Below, in pieces: positions 8,742 to 18,905 of a DNA stretch of 64,000 nucleotides. Positions within the stretch are counted from its first letter, which is position 1, and each line of letters begins with the position of its first letter. The notes below the pieces were generated by a model that saw only the letters and a program-made list of their open reading frames with translations, was not told where the DNA came from and ran no database searches. The position numbers were made by a program, and so were the translations under genes. The DNA comes from Verrucomicrobiota bacterium (GTDB lineage Bacteria > Verrucomicrobiota > Verrucomicrobiia > Opitutales > Coraliomargaritaceae), in the NCBI GenBank assembly GCA_036160955.1, contig JAYYDJ010000095.1, positions 1,790 to 65,789 on the forward strand, given 5' to 3'.

Positions 8742-9689
8742 TCAGACTTCAGAGAGCTCTTTTTTAACTTTAACACTCTTAGTTTTTATTAGCTCTTGCT
8801 TTGCTAGCATTTTCCTACGACGTGCTAATACGTCAAACAAATCAGATTGCTCATCTGCATGATAAGAGGAACGCACAAGTGGCCCTGATTCACAGACACC
8901 AAAGCCAATTTCCAGGGCATATTTTTTCCATCTCTGGAATTCATCTGGTGTGACCCAACGATCGATAGGAGAGTGCTTTTTCGTAGGTTGTAAATATTGT
9001 CCGATTGTAAGAATATCGACTCCAACATCGACCATGTCTTGCAAAGTTTGTTTGATCTCGGACTCCTCTTCTCCAATACCAAGCATAATGCCAGATTTTG
9101 TTATGAAGCCACGACTTTTTGTATGTTTTAAGACCCACAAAGAACGTTCGTAACGAGCAGTTTTTCTTATGGGGCGTTGCAGACGCTTTACCGTTTCCAT
9201 ATTGTGATTGAAAATATCAGGGCAGGCATCGAGTACAATATCGAGATATTCTTGCTGACCACGAAAGTCAGCAGTGAGTACTTCAATCGCACAATCTGGT
9301 TTACGATGACGAATTGCTCTAATTGTAGCTGCCCATACAGAGGCACCACCATCTTTTAGATCATCTCTAGCGACAGATGTAACAACAGTGTATTTTAAGC
9401 CCATTTTGGCGATTGACTCAGCTACTCGGGCTGGCTCACCTAAATCGAGTTCTGTTGGGCGACCGGTTTGGATAGCACAAAAAGAGCAAGAACGAGTACA
9501 GACATTTCCAAGAATCATTACCGTAGCAGTTCCGCGAGACCAACACTCACCCATATTTGGGCATTGAGCGCTTTTACATACTGTGTGTAGATTATGAGTA
9601 TCAACTATCTCACGAGTCGCTTTGTAGCCAGCACTAGTTGGCAATTTGGCGCGAAGCCAAGTAGGTTTTCGATTCTCCATATCAACCAC
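8742..9689 (-). CDS. lipA: Lipoyl synthase (radical SAM)
   Basis: Carries CxxxCxxC (CTRSCSFCAI), an N-terminal CEEAxCPN-like motif (CKSAQCPNMGEC) and the C-terminal RSSY. Confidence 0.95.
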   Translation of the reverse strand: MVDMENRKPTWLRAKLPTSAGYKATREIVDTHNLHTVCKSAQCPNMGECWSRGTATVMILGNVCTRSCSFCAIQTGRPTELDLGEPARVAESIAKMGLKYTVVTSVARDDLKDGGASVWAATIRAIRHRKPDCAIEVLTADFRGQQEYLDIVLDACPDIFNHNMETVKRLQRPIRKTARYERSLWVLKHTKSRGFITKSGIMLGIGEEESEIKQTLQDMVDVGVDILTIGQYLQPTKKHSPIDRWVTPDEFQRWKKYALEIGFGVCESGPLVRSSYHADEQSDLFDVLARRRKMLAKQELIKTKSVKVKKELSEV

Positions 9690-10323
9690 TTATAGTTGCA
9701 AAAATAGCTTCGAACTCAACTGCTAATCGTGATTTAATCAATTTTGAAGAGGGTGGATTGTTTAGCTCCTTTGCTATGGATGTTACTTCTCCATCGGTTA
9801 TACCGCAAGGTACAATACCTTTAAAGTAAGATAAATCAGTGTTAACATTCAATGCAAGACCGTGATAGGTAACCCATGATCGAACGGCGACTCCAATAGC
9901 ACAAATTTTTCGGTGATTTTCTAGCCATATTCCAGTTTTTCCATCTCTTCTAGAAGTTACTAAATTGAAATGACTAAGTGTTCGAATCACAACTAATTCT
10001 AGATCTCGTAAATAAGCATGTAGATCTTTACGAGCTTGAAGTGAAAAGATTGGATAAACCACTATCTGACCAGGACCATGATAGGTAATGTCACCACCGC
10101 GATTAGATTTCAAAAACTCAATGCCCCGCTTAGATAGTTGCTTTGGAGACCAAATCAAGTGCTCAGACACGTTTTTTCGCATTCCCGTAGTAAATACAGG
10201 ATTATGCTCAGTAATTATTAAAGTATCTCCAATCTGGCCATTAATCCTCTGCTGAACCAAGGCCTTTTGTTGCTCTAAGGCATCAGAATAATTGGTGCGA
10301 CCCCAATCGACGACGGTTAGCAT
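9682..10323 (-). CDS. lipB: Octanoyltransferase
   Basis: Contains the RGGDITYHGPGQ motif and the ...KICAIGV... motif. It overlaps the lipA start by 8 nt. Confidence 0.9.
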   Translation of the reverse strand: MLTVVDWGRTNYSDALEQQKALVQQRINGQIGDTLIITEHNPVFTTGMRKNVSEHLIWSPKQLSKRGIEFLKSNRGGDITYHGPGQIVVYPIFSLQARKDLHAYLRDLELVVIRTLSHFNLVTSRRDGKTGIWLENHRKICAIGVAVRSWVTYHGLALNVNTDLSYFKGIVPCGITDGEVTSIAKELNNPPSSKLIKSRLAVEFEAIFATISG

Positions 10324-10327
10324 GTGG

Positions 10328-10867
10328 CTAGTTTTTGTTGGGCAAGATGACTCTACGGCGTGGAACCACAGCAGACTTATTTACTATCTGTGGTTTAGGT
10401 GGAGTTAATGTTGTAGGACGTCGTGGTGAGACTTCTTTACTGATCGGGGCAGACACGGCTACTGGTAACGGGCTATCGTTTGCGGAAATCAAGATCAATT
10501 GTTCAACCGTACCATTCATACTGAGAGTCAGCGACATAGACTGGGGGTTATAATTCATAGCTTTTATTCCATTTGATCCTTCATTCTCAGTCACCCAATA
10601 GCCTTTATTTTCCTTTTTATTAAACAGGCTAAAGCGGTAGCTACCACCGAGTTGAATAATGCCACGAAATTCTATTTGCCGTGAAATAAGTCCATTACCT
10701 CCAGCGGGTTGGGGGCGTGGTGTCACTTTCTTAATGCCATAATCGTGGGGGAGAAATGGACTATTCTTAGGTAATTCTAAATTACTACCAGTTAGTGGAT
10801 TAGATATAAAAACCGCTATTATTAGGGTAGTCTTGGCAGTCATTAACTTTATTTCCATTTTTCGCAT
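10328..10867 (-). CDS. Secreted/periplasmic protein, possibly a PilP or GspC-HR-like secretin partner
   Basis: It has a signal-like N-terminus. The beta-rich core (FRGIIQLGGSYRFSLFNKKENKGYWVTENE...LTLSMNGTVEQLILI) has the pattern of PilP/GspC HR domains. It lies immediately downstream of the secretin gene. The functional call is inference only. Confidence 0.4.
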   Translation of the reverse strand: MRKMEIKLMTAKTTLIIAVFISNPLTGSNLELPKNSPFLPHDYGIKKVTPRPQPAGGNGLISRQIEFRGIIQLGGSYRFSLFNKKENKGYWVTENEGSNGIKAMNYNPQSMSLTLSMNGTVEQLILISANDSPLPVAVSAPISKEVSPRRPTTLTPPKPQIVNKSAVVPRRRVILPNKN

Positions 10868-10884
10868 GTTTTGATGAATAAAGA

Positions 10885-13149
10885 TTAATTATTAGATGTT
10901 TTCCACAATTCACTAATTTTATCCTTTAAATAGGGCTTTTTTAAATCACTAGTAGCATCATCAATTTCTAGAATAGCCTCTGTAGAAATTTTGGGCATAT
11001 TCTGTTTGATCTTCAAATCTTGTTGCTCCCTCATTAGGCCGAAATGCCTGAATCTGTTATTTGTTTCTTTATCCTTACGAATGGGCTCATCTTCGAAGGC
11101 GCTACCGTCCATGTAAATATCTCCAGTGGTTCCAGTATCTAAGTACTCCAGTACTGCTTCCCGCTCCTTTAAGCGATCGATAGCTTCTTGGCTCATTTTG
11201 TTTGTTTCCACAGGATTCTTTAATATCGTTGGCCTAATAAAAATTATTAGTTCCGAGCGCGTATACTTCACAGTTTCTCCGCTGAAGACTTTCTTTAGTA
11301 CTGGTAATCTTCCAATGATAGGAAAGTAGGTATTAGATATATCTTTCTTATTTTCCTGTAAGCCACCCAGTATAATGACATCGCCATCATTAACAGTAAT
11401 AGTAGAATTGGCTTCTCGCTTGCCGATAATCGGCTGAGTATCAATCGAGCCATCAGCTGTGGAGGATTTACTCACAGCTTGAACAGTATCAATGGTCTGC
11501 TCAATTTGTAGCTGCACAGATCCATCAGCGCCGATAAGGGGTGTTGCGGAGAGCTTGATTCCAACATCGCGATACTCAACTTGGGTTTGAACATTTCCTA
11601 CACTCGATGTAAATGATGTCGAGCCGGTTTGAAAGGGTCGAGATTGGCTGACATTGATGACTCCTTCTTCGTTATGGCTCACTACTATTGAAGGAGTTGA
11701 TAATATTTTAATCATATTGTCACTTTCAGCGATATCGAAAATTGCATCTAAAGAATATTTTCCCTCCCATCTTGATATGTTAGAGATAGAGATAGGGTCA
11801 TTATTAGCATCCAGTAAAGGAGCCGTCGTAGATACAATTTTGCCGAGACTGCCGGTTAATTGGGTCAAGCCATCTGCATATTGAAGATTAAATCGACTGA
11901 ATCCACTAGCTTGGTCTTCATCTAATGTTACTTCAGTTATAATTGCCTCAATACGAACCTGGGGTAGTGGAATATCTATTTTATCGATGAGTTCTTTGAT
12001 CGTTCGCAGATCGCTTGGGGTGCCATATGCTACAATAGAATTGGTACGCTCGTCAGCTGATAATCCTACAAAGTTAGAGAACTGCAAGGCACTATTAGAC
12101 TCGCTGCCGCCCGATGAGCTGCGTGCATTCACTGTGTTTGGCGCCTGAGGTTGTGGTGCTTGGTTGTTAGCGTTTTCGCTTTGTTTTTCTCGGGCAACTT
12201 TCGCGTCTTCCTCACGACCTTCTTCTTGACCAGAGATAATATCCTCAATGATGGGGACGACTTCTTCTGCTTTTGCTTGCCGCAACTGAAACACTTCACT
12301 GCTGGTAAGTGGTGCGGCGTCCACATCTACTTTTTCAACAACATCCATAATCATCTCTAGGTTTACAGGATGAGATACAATGATAAGTTGATTGGTACGT
12401 TCGTCAGCAGTGACACTTGTGTTGCCCTCTAAATAACTTTTTAGAGGGCCATTTATTAAGTCTTCGAGTTGCTTCTGCATTTCATCTGCTTGAATGTAAT
12501 TGAGTTTAACAAACTGCATAGTTTCTCTTAAATATTGCGGCTGGTCAGCTTCCGTCACAATATTTTCGATACGTTGTAAATTGATTAGTGCATCGGTGAT
12601 AAGGAGTGCATTCGATTTTGGGAAGAGAATAAAACTCGAACTCTGCGACATTAGTGGAGTAATTATTGAGGCGCTAGTTTGTTCTGCATTTAAATATTTA
12701 AAGCGAAATAATTTAGCGTATATTTGCTGACTAGGCGCTAGCTCCAGAGTAGTACCGATTAGCATTTCTGGAACGTGCCGGTTTACTTCTGTAGCAGGTA
12801 CAGCTTTCATAAAGCGACCACCCATTTCGGTGAGCATGATTCCATTGAGAGTGAGCAAGCTTTCCAGCGCGAGCACTGCCTCGCCTTGGGTAATTGAACC
12901 TCGAGAGTTAAAATTGATTTTTGCAGGAGATAAATCTTGGCGTCGTAGAATAATCTTACCAGTAAGCTGCTCCAACAAGTCCAGTACCTGCAGTGCAGAT
13001 TCATCACTTAGGATAAGTGTACCAATCTCAATTTCCGGTGATCCGGATTGCGGCTCAACTACAGGCTGACTGGTGCGCACTTGAGCATGTATCACAGTTA
13101 CTAAGCTGAGCAGCAAAATAGTGATGTATTTTGGCAGATTTTTTTTCAT
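10885..13149 (-). CDS. gspD: Type II secretion / type IV pilus secretin
   Basis: The 754-aa protein has a signal peptide and repeated N-domains (ADERTNQLIIV, ADERTNSIVAYG). The C-terminal secretin core reads ...VIILGGL...FPIIGRLPVLKKVF...ELIIFIRPTIL. Confidence 0.9.
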   Translation of the reverse strand: MKKNLPKYITILLLSLVTVIHAQVRTSQPVVEPQSGSPEIEIGTLILSDESALQVLDLLEQLTGKIILRRQDLSPAKINFNSRGSITQGEAVLALESLLTLNGIMLTEMGGRFMKAVPATEVNRHVPEMLIGTTLELAPSQQIYAKLFRFKYLNAEQTSASIITPLMSQSSSFILFPKSNALLITDALINLQRIENIVTEADQPQYLRETMQFVKLNYIQADEMQKQLEDLINGPLKSYLEGNTSVTADERTNQLIIVSHPVNLEMIMDVVEKVDVDAAPLTSSEVFQLRQAKAEEVVPIIEDIISGQEEGREEDAKVAREKQSENANNQAPQPQAPNTVNARSSSGGSESNSALQFSNFVGLSADERTNSIVAYGTPSDLRTIKELIDKIDIPLPQVRIEAIITEVTLDEDQASGFSRFNLQYADGLTQLTGSLGKIVSTTAPLLDANNDPISISNISRWEGKYSLDAIFDIAESDNMIKILSTPSIVVSHNEEGVINVSQSRPFQTGSTSFTSSVGNVQTQVEYRDVGIKLSATPLIGADGSVQLQIEQTIDTVQAVSKSSTADGSIDTQPIIGKREANSTITVNDGDVIILGGLQENKKDISNTYFPIIGRLPVLKKVFSGETVKYTRSELIIFIRPTILKNPVETNKMSQEAIDRLKEREAVLEYLDTGTTGDIYMDGSAFEDEPIRKDKETNNRFRHFGLMREQQDLKIKQNMPKISTEAILEIDDATSDLKKPYLKDKISELWKTSNN

Positions 13150-13184
13150 GGATAATGCAAAATATTTAATTTATTATACTCCAA

Positions 13185-13742
13185 TTACGGAGCAGATACA
13201 ATAAGTTCTAGCGAGCTGATTTCATAGCGCACATCAAGTTCTTCAGGCTTACTGCGGTTGGCTGTAATGCGCATGCTTTGTTGATTGATATAAGGAGTTT
13301 GCTGACGAAGCAATTTATTTAGTTCGATCAGTTGTTTTATGTTTATACGTTTTAATCGAACACGAATCGTGTGTTCATTAAAAATTTCACCTTCTTTTGA
13401 TCTCACTGGATCAATGTCAGCGAGATTAGAGAGCTGGCTTTGCCGTAGCAATTTATCAATCTGACCCGATAGTTGTGTTGCTGTATAAGTACGCGCTGTG
13501 TCAAGTTGTTCTTTTGCTTGTGCAGCTTCAGCGGAGTATGTGTCCGCTTGGTCTAACCAGAGTTGCTGTGTTTGTAAAATAGACGATGCTTCTTTTTTTG
13601 CGCTAATCCATTGGCCATAGCGCTTAAAACAATTGCCCGACCAAATACTCAACATAACGATTACGAAAAGTAGGGTGAGAAATTGTTCACGCAAACTCAT
13701 ACGCTTAAAATAGCCTTCTAATAATATGAGTCGTGCCTTCAT
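13185..13742 (-). CDS. GspM/PilO-like inner-membrane assembly protein
   Basis: The architecture is a single N-terminal TM, a coiled-coil and a small C-terminal domain. The call rests on its position between the gspL-like gene and the secretin gene. Confidence 0.5.
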   Translation of the reverse strand: MKARLILLEGYFKRMSLREQFLTLLFVIVMLSIWSGNCFKRYGQWISAKKEASSILQTQQLWLDQADTYSAEAAQAKEQLDTARTYTATQLSGQIDKLLRQSQLSNLADIDPVRSKEGEIFNEHTIRVRLKRINIKQLIELNKLLRQQTPYINQQSMRITANRSKPEELDVRYEISSLELIVSAP

Positions 13743-14830
13743 TCAGAGCTTACAGTAGTGTTGTCTTTTTCTGGCGTATATTCCAAAGTCATAGTGAAGG
13801 TAGTTTTTCCTGATCGCGTCAAAGACTTAGGGTCTTGTGCTAAAGAAAATTCGCCAGAGCCCTTTAGTATCTCTATGTAATTGTTAAGCTCGTTGATCGT
13901 CTGTGCAACTCCCTCAATTGTTATGTTGTTACCTAATGTTGTTGTCGTGCTAGTAAAATAGATACCTCTAGGTCTCACGGTATTAAGCGCACCTAAAATA
14001 GCGACTGGCCGTACCTCATTTTGAAACATCTGCTCTAGCTTATTAATTAAGTTGCGCTGTTCCTCTATTTTAGAGACGGCGCCAGATTGTTTAGCGATTA
14101 GATCCTCTTGCTTCGATGTCCATAAATTTATTCCCAATAAAATGCATTCAAGTGCGATAATAAATATAGCAAATATTGATGCCCAATAAAAGTATCGAGT
14201 AATACGTGCACTTATGTTGCGCCTGCTTTTTTCTCTTTTTTTATATTCTAGGCTACGCACATCAGAGCGCCAAAGTTCAAGATCGTTAGGGGTGAATATA
14301 ACATGTTCTGGAGGAGGATTTGAGTGCTCTAGTCCAGTAATTTCTTCTGAATCGCTATCACCTGTACAAGTATTTGTTGCCGTTACTACAAATTTGAAAG
14401 TGGGCAACCCAGCTTCATCTATCTCAATTTCTTTTTTTAATAAACTTAGTGCAGTACCATCATAGCTTGCTTGCACGGGAAAAGTATTTACTTCCAAAGA
14501 ATTGATATCTGGGAGTACTGCAATTTCTGGAAGTACCCAAAGGTATGATTCTAATTCCTTGTAGTAACTATTTTTTAGTCGATCACGGTGTGTTGCAAAT
14601 AAGAGTATCTTTCGTGAATTTTGGTCAAAACGAAAGCCCCAGTTTAATTGATCTATAGGAAAGGGCGAAGAGCCTTCCATGTTTAGTTCAGCAAAAGAAT
14701 CAATTTCATTTTCGTCGACTTCAATTGGTAGCTCTGTGATATCTACAAAAAACAAATCATTAGGTAGAATTATGACTTCACGGCTTATATCGCTATGCTT
14801 GATTCGTTCTTCTGCAGCAGTAATTTTCAC
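13739..14830 (-). CDS. GspL-like (PilM/PilN-like) bitopic assembly protein
   Basis: A cytoplasmic N-domain of about 190 aa is followed by one TM (YWASIFAIFIIALECILLGINLW) and a PilN-like periplasmic domain. Confidence 0.5.
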   Translation of the reverse strand: MKITAAEERIKHSDISREVIILPNDLFFVDITELPIEVDENEIDSFAELNMEGSSPFPIDQLNWGFRFDQNSRKILLFATHRDRLKNSYYKELESYLWVLPEIAVLPDINSLEVNTFPVQASYDGTALSLLKKEIEIDEAGLPTFKFVVTATNTCTGDSDSEEITGLEHSNPPPEHVIFTPNDLELWRSDVRSLEYKKREKSRRNISARITRYFYWASIFAIFIIALECILLGINLWTSKQEDLIAKQSGAVSKIEEQRNLINKLEQMFQNEVRPVAILGALNTVRPRGIYFTSTTTTLGNNITIEGVAQTINELNNYIEILKGSGEFSLAQDPKSLTRSGKTTFTMTLEYTPEKDNTTVSSE

Positions 14831-14860
14831 AAGAATTATTTCTATTATTAGTGAAGCGTT

Positions 14861-15961
14861 TTATTGCAGGATGTCTACAGCTGAATATCGCGCAGATTCT
14901 TGCTTTACAATATGTGATTCGTATTCGCTTATTTGAATAATCTTAAATGGATATTGGATAGCATCTTGTTCTTCTAGAGTGCCAGTTTTTGAAATTTGTT
15001 CATTGCTAGTGCTTGGCAGTGAGCGGTTTGATGAGCTTGAGCTAAAATTAGGTTCCACTAAGGCGCTAAGTGTCATTGGAACCGAGCCGCGCGTCACTCT
15101 TATAGTCACTCGAAGTAAGCTAATTTCAGTGGTGAATAGATCGCCTCCTAGAAAATCTGGGAGCTCTTCAAACCATGGCCTATTTAGTAGTTGATCAAAT
15201 ATTCGATCTGGATCCCAAGATTGATTTTCACTGAGTGCTGAAAGTAAGTCGCTAGAGACGGAATTAATATTTACTGGGCCTTTTATGGATACAGAAAATA
15301 GTTTATCCAATTGTTCAAATTTTCGATTAGGGAATCCGTTCTCATCAAAAAACTCATCTTGCCAAACTTTAATTAAGCGTAGCTCATTAAGTGATTGTAG
15401 CGGACTGTTAGCCGCTCGATAGGGTGGGTCCTCGTCTAGGTAATGTTCACTTTCCGCTCCGTTGAGGCGTTGATCCCCATCAATATCTATCCAGTCGGCT
15501 AAGGTACTAGTTAGTTCTCTGGTAGTGCCGTAATCGATTTCAAAGGTATCTTCAAGGATTCGATTTAAAGTTGGTTCATCGATTAAGTTTATCGGTAAGC
15601 GTGCACTTTCATCAGTAATATTAATGGATATAGAGCACCCATCTAGCGGTTTTTCTTGAGCATAGTACAGCGGGTCTGCCCAACCCTGTTCGGGAGCGTA
15701 TAATTTGCCCCCATCAATGAGTGCCACTTCATGAATGGTTGCTAAAGAGAGCTCTAGCAGACTGTATGCATAGGCTCGTATTTCTGGACTTTGATTAAAT
15801 AAAGTTCGGTATTTGAGATCGTCTACCGCTTCATCAACAAAGCGTGTTACCAAATATGCAAGGAGCGCAATAATAGCGAGAATGGCGACTAGTATACTGC
15901 CATTATTTTTACGGTTTATGGATACGTTTAGCCTGCCTTTTCTGTGAGGGTATTGGTACAC
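14861..15961 (-). CDS. gspK: Minor pseudopilin GspK
   Basis: It has an N-terminal hydrophobic helix. GspK hallmarks are present: ITDESARLPIN, DWIDIDGD..., YRAANSPLQSLNELRLI. Confidence 0.8.
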   Translation of the reverse strand: MYQYPHRKGRLNVSINRKNNGSILVAILAIIALLAYLVTRFVDEAVDDLKYRTLFNQSPEIRAYAYSLLELSLATIHEVALIDGGKLYAPEQGWADPLYYAQEKPLDGCSISINITDESARLPINLIDEPTLNRILEDTFEIDYGTTRELTSTLADWIDIDGDQRLNGAESEHYLDEDPPYRAANSPLQSLNELRLIKVWQDEFFDENGFPNRKFEQLDKLFSVSIKGPVNINSVSSDLLSALSENQSWDPDRIFDQLLNRPWFEELPDFLGGDLFTTEISLLRVTIRVTRGSVPMTLSALVEPNFSSSSSNRSLPSTSNEQISKTGTLEEQDAIQYPFKIIQISEYESHIVKQESARYSAVDILQ

Positions 15962-15969
15962 TTTTTGAA

Positions 15970-16860
15970 TTAAAAAAGAATTGTGCTGTATGAAGTGACT
16001 GGGATTGTGAGAGTACGCATTTTTATTTCATTTTCATAAACAAAAGATAGCTGAATAGCTCTAGGTAAGAGATATTCTCGATTAGTAGAGTTTTCTCCTT
16101 CTTTAGGTTTTTTCTCAATTTCCCACTTTTCAAAGCTTGAATCCCAATAGACGTACTCTAGTGATTTTACGTAAGGACTTATTAAAGTTCGCCTTAAATC
16201 TTCGACAGTTTCAGTTTTCTCCTGAAGGACTGAATGCCACAACACGCTCAAGCCCTTGGAGGAATCAAAAAATAGGTATACCTCGACTTGATCTAGGCTA
16301 GGTTGGGCGCTTTCAGAAACAAATAGCGGAGGGGTGTAGTTAAGTTTAAAATGTAGTAATGGCTCTTGGTAGTTAGGGGATCCTGGTAGTTTCTCCCATA
16401 TTATTGGTGTAGAATCTCTATTTCTTAAGCTGGTTTCATATGTCATTAAGCCTCTAGAATTAGAATCATATCTGAGATTTTCTTGCGGATCTTTTTTTCG
16501 GCCAGCAATATACGTATCGTTTTGCTCAGACGGAATTTCTGAGGTACTTAGAATATTTATCTCTGCACCATTTTGTTGCTGCTTAAATGAATTTTTGTTA
16601 TCATTTAATTTAATGTGGTTCCCAGCTGATAGTAGCATAACATTAATAAATTCAGTGACTCCATCCACGTGATCTTCGAAAAAATTTCGCTGCGATCGCT
16701 CCGCCCATATATTGCTAATGGATACAACAAAAGAGGTGGCAGCAGTCAGTAAAAACCCTGCTACAGCGAGTGCTAGTACGACTTCTATCAAGGTCATTCC
16801 GCTACGAGAAAGAGACCTTTTTATGGGTAAAAATTTGTTACTATGGCTGCATCGAAACAT
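15970..16860 (-). CDS. gspJ: Minor pseudopilin (GspJ-like)
   Basis: It has a prepilin-type N-terminus, GMTLIEVVLALAVAGFLL. The call rests on its size and its position between the gspI-like gene and gspK. Confidence 0.55.
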   Translation of the reverse strand: MFRCSHSNKFLPIKRSLSRSGMTLIEVVLALAVAGFLLTAATSFVVSISNIWAERSQRNFFEDHVDGVTEFINVMLLSAGNHIKLNDNKNSFKQQQNGAEINILSTSEIPSEQNDTYIAGRKKDPQENLRYDSNSRGLMTYETSLRNRDSTPIIWEKLPGSPNYQEPLLHFKLNYTPPLFVSESAQPSLDQVEVYLFFDSSKGLSVLWHSVLQEKTETVEDLRRTLISPYVKSLEYVYWDSSFEKWEIEKKPKEGENSTNREYLLPRAIQLSFVYENEIKMRTLTIPVTSYSTILF

Positions 16861-17339
16861 TATTCAAAATCTCGAGAATTCATAAGCTCTCGTCTTTTAG
16901 TTACAAGTAAGTCGCTGCGCTCATCACTCTTAGACCAAGTCGGGCGTAGTAAATACAGTGACTCCAGATAGTTCTCATCAGTGCCTTCAATGGGGTCACT
17001 AAAATTTATTTCGAACAGGACTTTAAACAAGTCGATAATTTGAGATTCTTCGATCGAGCACCTCCATGTAGCAAGACCAGAATGAAGAGTTTCGAAATCA
17101 CCACCATCTTCTGCATCGTCCCTATTTTCTTCTAGTAGTAATTGTAGGCGTACCGCACGAATATCATCGGTACGCAGCGAATTGTTTTGACCATGTTCGC
17201 GCGCAAGTAGTGCATTTACAAAGGCTGAAGTAAGAACGATGGAAGCGGCTGCGAAGAGTGCAACTGCGACCACAACTTCAATAAGTGAGAATCCATGACG
17301 ATTTTTAGATATAGATTCGTTTGATTTTTTGGCTGTCAT
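16860..17339 (-). CDS. gspI: Minor pseudopilin (GspI-like)
   Basis: It has a prepilin-type N-terminus, HGFSLIEVVVAVALFAAASIVL. The protein is small and its position fits. Confidence 0.55.
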   Translation of the reverse strand: MTAKKSNESISKNRHGFSLIEVVVAVALFAAASIVLTSAFVNALLAREHGQNNSLRTDDIRAVRLQLLLEENRDDAEDGGDFETLHSGLATWRCSIEESQIIDLFKVLFEINFSDPIEGTDENYLESLYLLRPTWSKSDERSDLLVTKRRELMNSRDFE

Positions 17340-17866
17340 GGAGAGGATACCTTTCGCAAGCTGGAAAATGGATCATAAACATGTCTTTTGCTAGTGCCTT
17401 CACCTTCATCGATCTCGACAACAAATGGTGTCGAACTTCGGTCAGGTGCAAATTGTACAGCTGCTATTTGGCTACGGCTTTGAACTGGATCCACAATGGG
17501 CGACATGCCTTCAGAAGATAAAACCGAATAAAACACAATACTGCCACGTCCATTTTCTCTGAATACTTCATCTAATTGGAATTGGACTAGGGTATTATTA
17601 CCGGAGCTTAGAACGAGTTGCCCTGTTTGATCATCATAATAGAGGACAATGATTTTTTTTGTGCTTGCTGCTAAGTAGCGACCTTCACGAATAGAAGCAT
17701 CTAAAATGTCGACCGTACTTAAGCTATCACCTTTATTAGCGAATGCAGCGAAATTATAAATCACAATACTACTCGCCACTGCCATCAGCGCTAAAACCAA
17801 TAGAATCTCAATTAAGCTAAAAGCGCTTAATTTTTGGATTCGTTTATTTCCAATTGCCGATATCAT
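17336..17866 (-). CDS. gspH: Minor pseudopilin (GspH-like)
   Basis: It has a prepilin-type N-terminus, [21 protein letters not shown] prefer the Met33 start at 17866 over the ORF-track start at 17962, which would overlap gspG by 119 nt. Confidence 0.55.
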   Translation of the reverse strand: MISAIGNKRIQKLSAFSLIEILLVLALMAVASSIVIYNFAAFANKGDSLSTVDILDASIREGRYLAASTKKIIVLYYDDQTGQLVLSSGNNTLVQFQLDEVFRENGRGSIVFYSVLSSEGMSPIVDPVQSRSQIAAVQFAPDRSSTPFVVEIDEGEGTSKRHVYDPFSSLRKVSSP

Positions 17867-18308
17867 CGGCGCTTTCACTGCCATCTGGACCGAACGACCA
17901 TACATCATAGCCGCTGCTGCCGTTAACATTTTTGGATCCCGGATAACGATACTGATAGGCATTTCCCCATGGGTCTGTGGGTAGTTCCTCTATGTATGGC
18001 TTCTTCCACTTACTTGATTTACCGCTTGGAGCCTGTATTAGCGCTTTAAGACCTTCTTCTGTGCTAGGATAACTTCCGATGTCAATTTTGTATGCAGTCA
18101 GAGGAATCTTCAATGATTGGCTAACAAAAATTTGTGCGGCCTTTTCTTGTTGACCACCAAATATGCCACCTAAGTTACTGATAGCCAGTCCTGCAATAAC
18201 TGCGATTAACGCAATTACTATGAGGATTTCAATCAAGCTGAAGCCGCCTTTACGGTTAGCTTTTCTTAGTAGATTTGTTTTCAATACGTATAGCATAATT
18301 AGGGACAA
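17844..18308 (-). CDS. gspG: Major pseudopilin GspG
   Basis: Shows [22 protein letters not shown], then ...[12 protein letters not shown]..., ...[13 protein letters not shown]... and ...DVWSFGPDG..., the classical GspG pattern. Confidence 0.88.
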   Translation of the reverse strand: MSLIMLYVLKTNLLRKANRKGGFSLIEILIVIALIAVIAGLAISNLGGIFGGQQEKAAQIFVSQSLKIPLTAYKIDIGSYPSTEEGLKALIQAPSGKSSKWKKPYIEELPTDPWGNAYQYRYPGSKNVNGSSGYDVWSFGPDGSESADDIGNWK

Positions 18309-18469
18309 TTTAATTTAAATATTAGTATTAACCTGCTATCTTGGTAGGGGCAAGAATACAATCTACAGTTTGATTTTTTTGGTGCAGTACTATAAAATAC
18401 TAATTTTGCAATTATCTTGTAACATATTGGGCTCTTTGTATCCATGGTGTTATTATTTTATTAGTTCTT

Positions 18470-18877
18470 ATGGAAGAAACTCTTATTATACTCAAACCAG
18501 ACTGTATGGAAAAACGTATCGCTGGTGAAGTCATTGGGCGCTTTGAAAATGCTGGATTCACAATTGTCGCAGCAAAGATTATGCAATTAGACGGAATTAT
18601 TCTGCGTGAACACTATGCCCATGTTGCTGATTTACCATTTTTTCCAGATATTGAGGCTTTTATGAGCTCACTGCCTGTTATGCCAATTATACTAAGCGGT
18701 GACGGTGCAATCTCTAAGGTTCGCGATTTACTAGGTCCCACTAATTCTAAAGAAGCTCCAGTTGGTACCATCAGAGGTGATTTGGGCACGGATATGATGC
18801 GTAACGTGGTGCATGCATCTGATAGCGCTGAAAGTGCGGTAGTTGAAAAGAAGCGTTTCTTTCCTGAGTTGTATTAA
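18470..18877 (+). CDS. ndk: Nucleoside diphosphate kinase
   Basis: Motifs TLIILKPD, GPTNS...GTIRGD and NVVHASDS (catalytic His) are present. Confidence 0.92.
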   Translation: MEETLIILKPDCMEKRIAGEVIGRFENAGFTIVAAKIMQLDGIILREHYAHVADLPFFPDIEAFMSSLPVMPIILSGDGAISKVRDLLGPTNSKEAPVGTIRGDLGTDMMRNVVHASDSAESAVVEKKRFFPELY

Positions 18878-18905
18878 TCGGAGATAGTTCCAGCTTACTT
18901 ATCAC

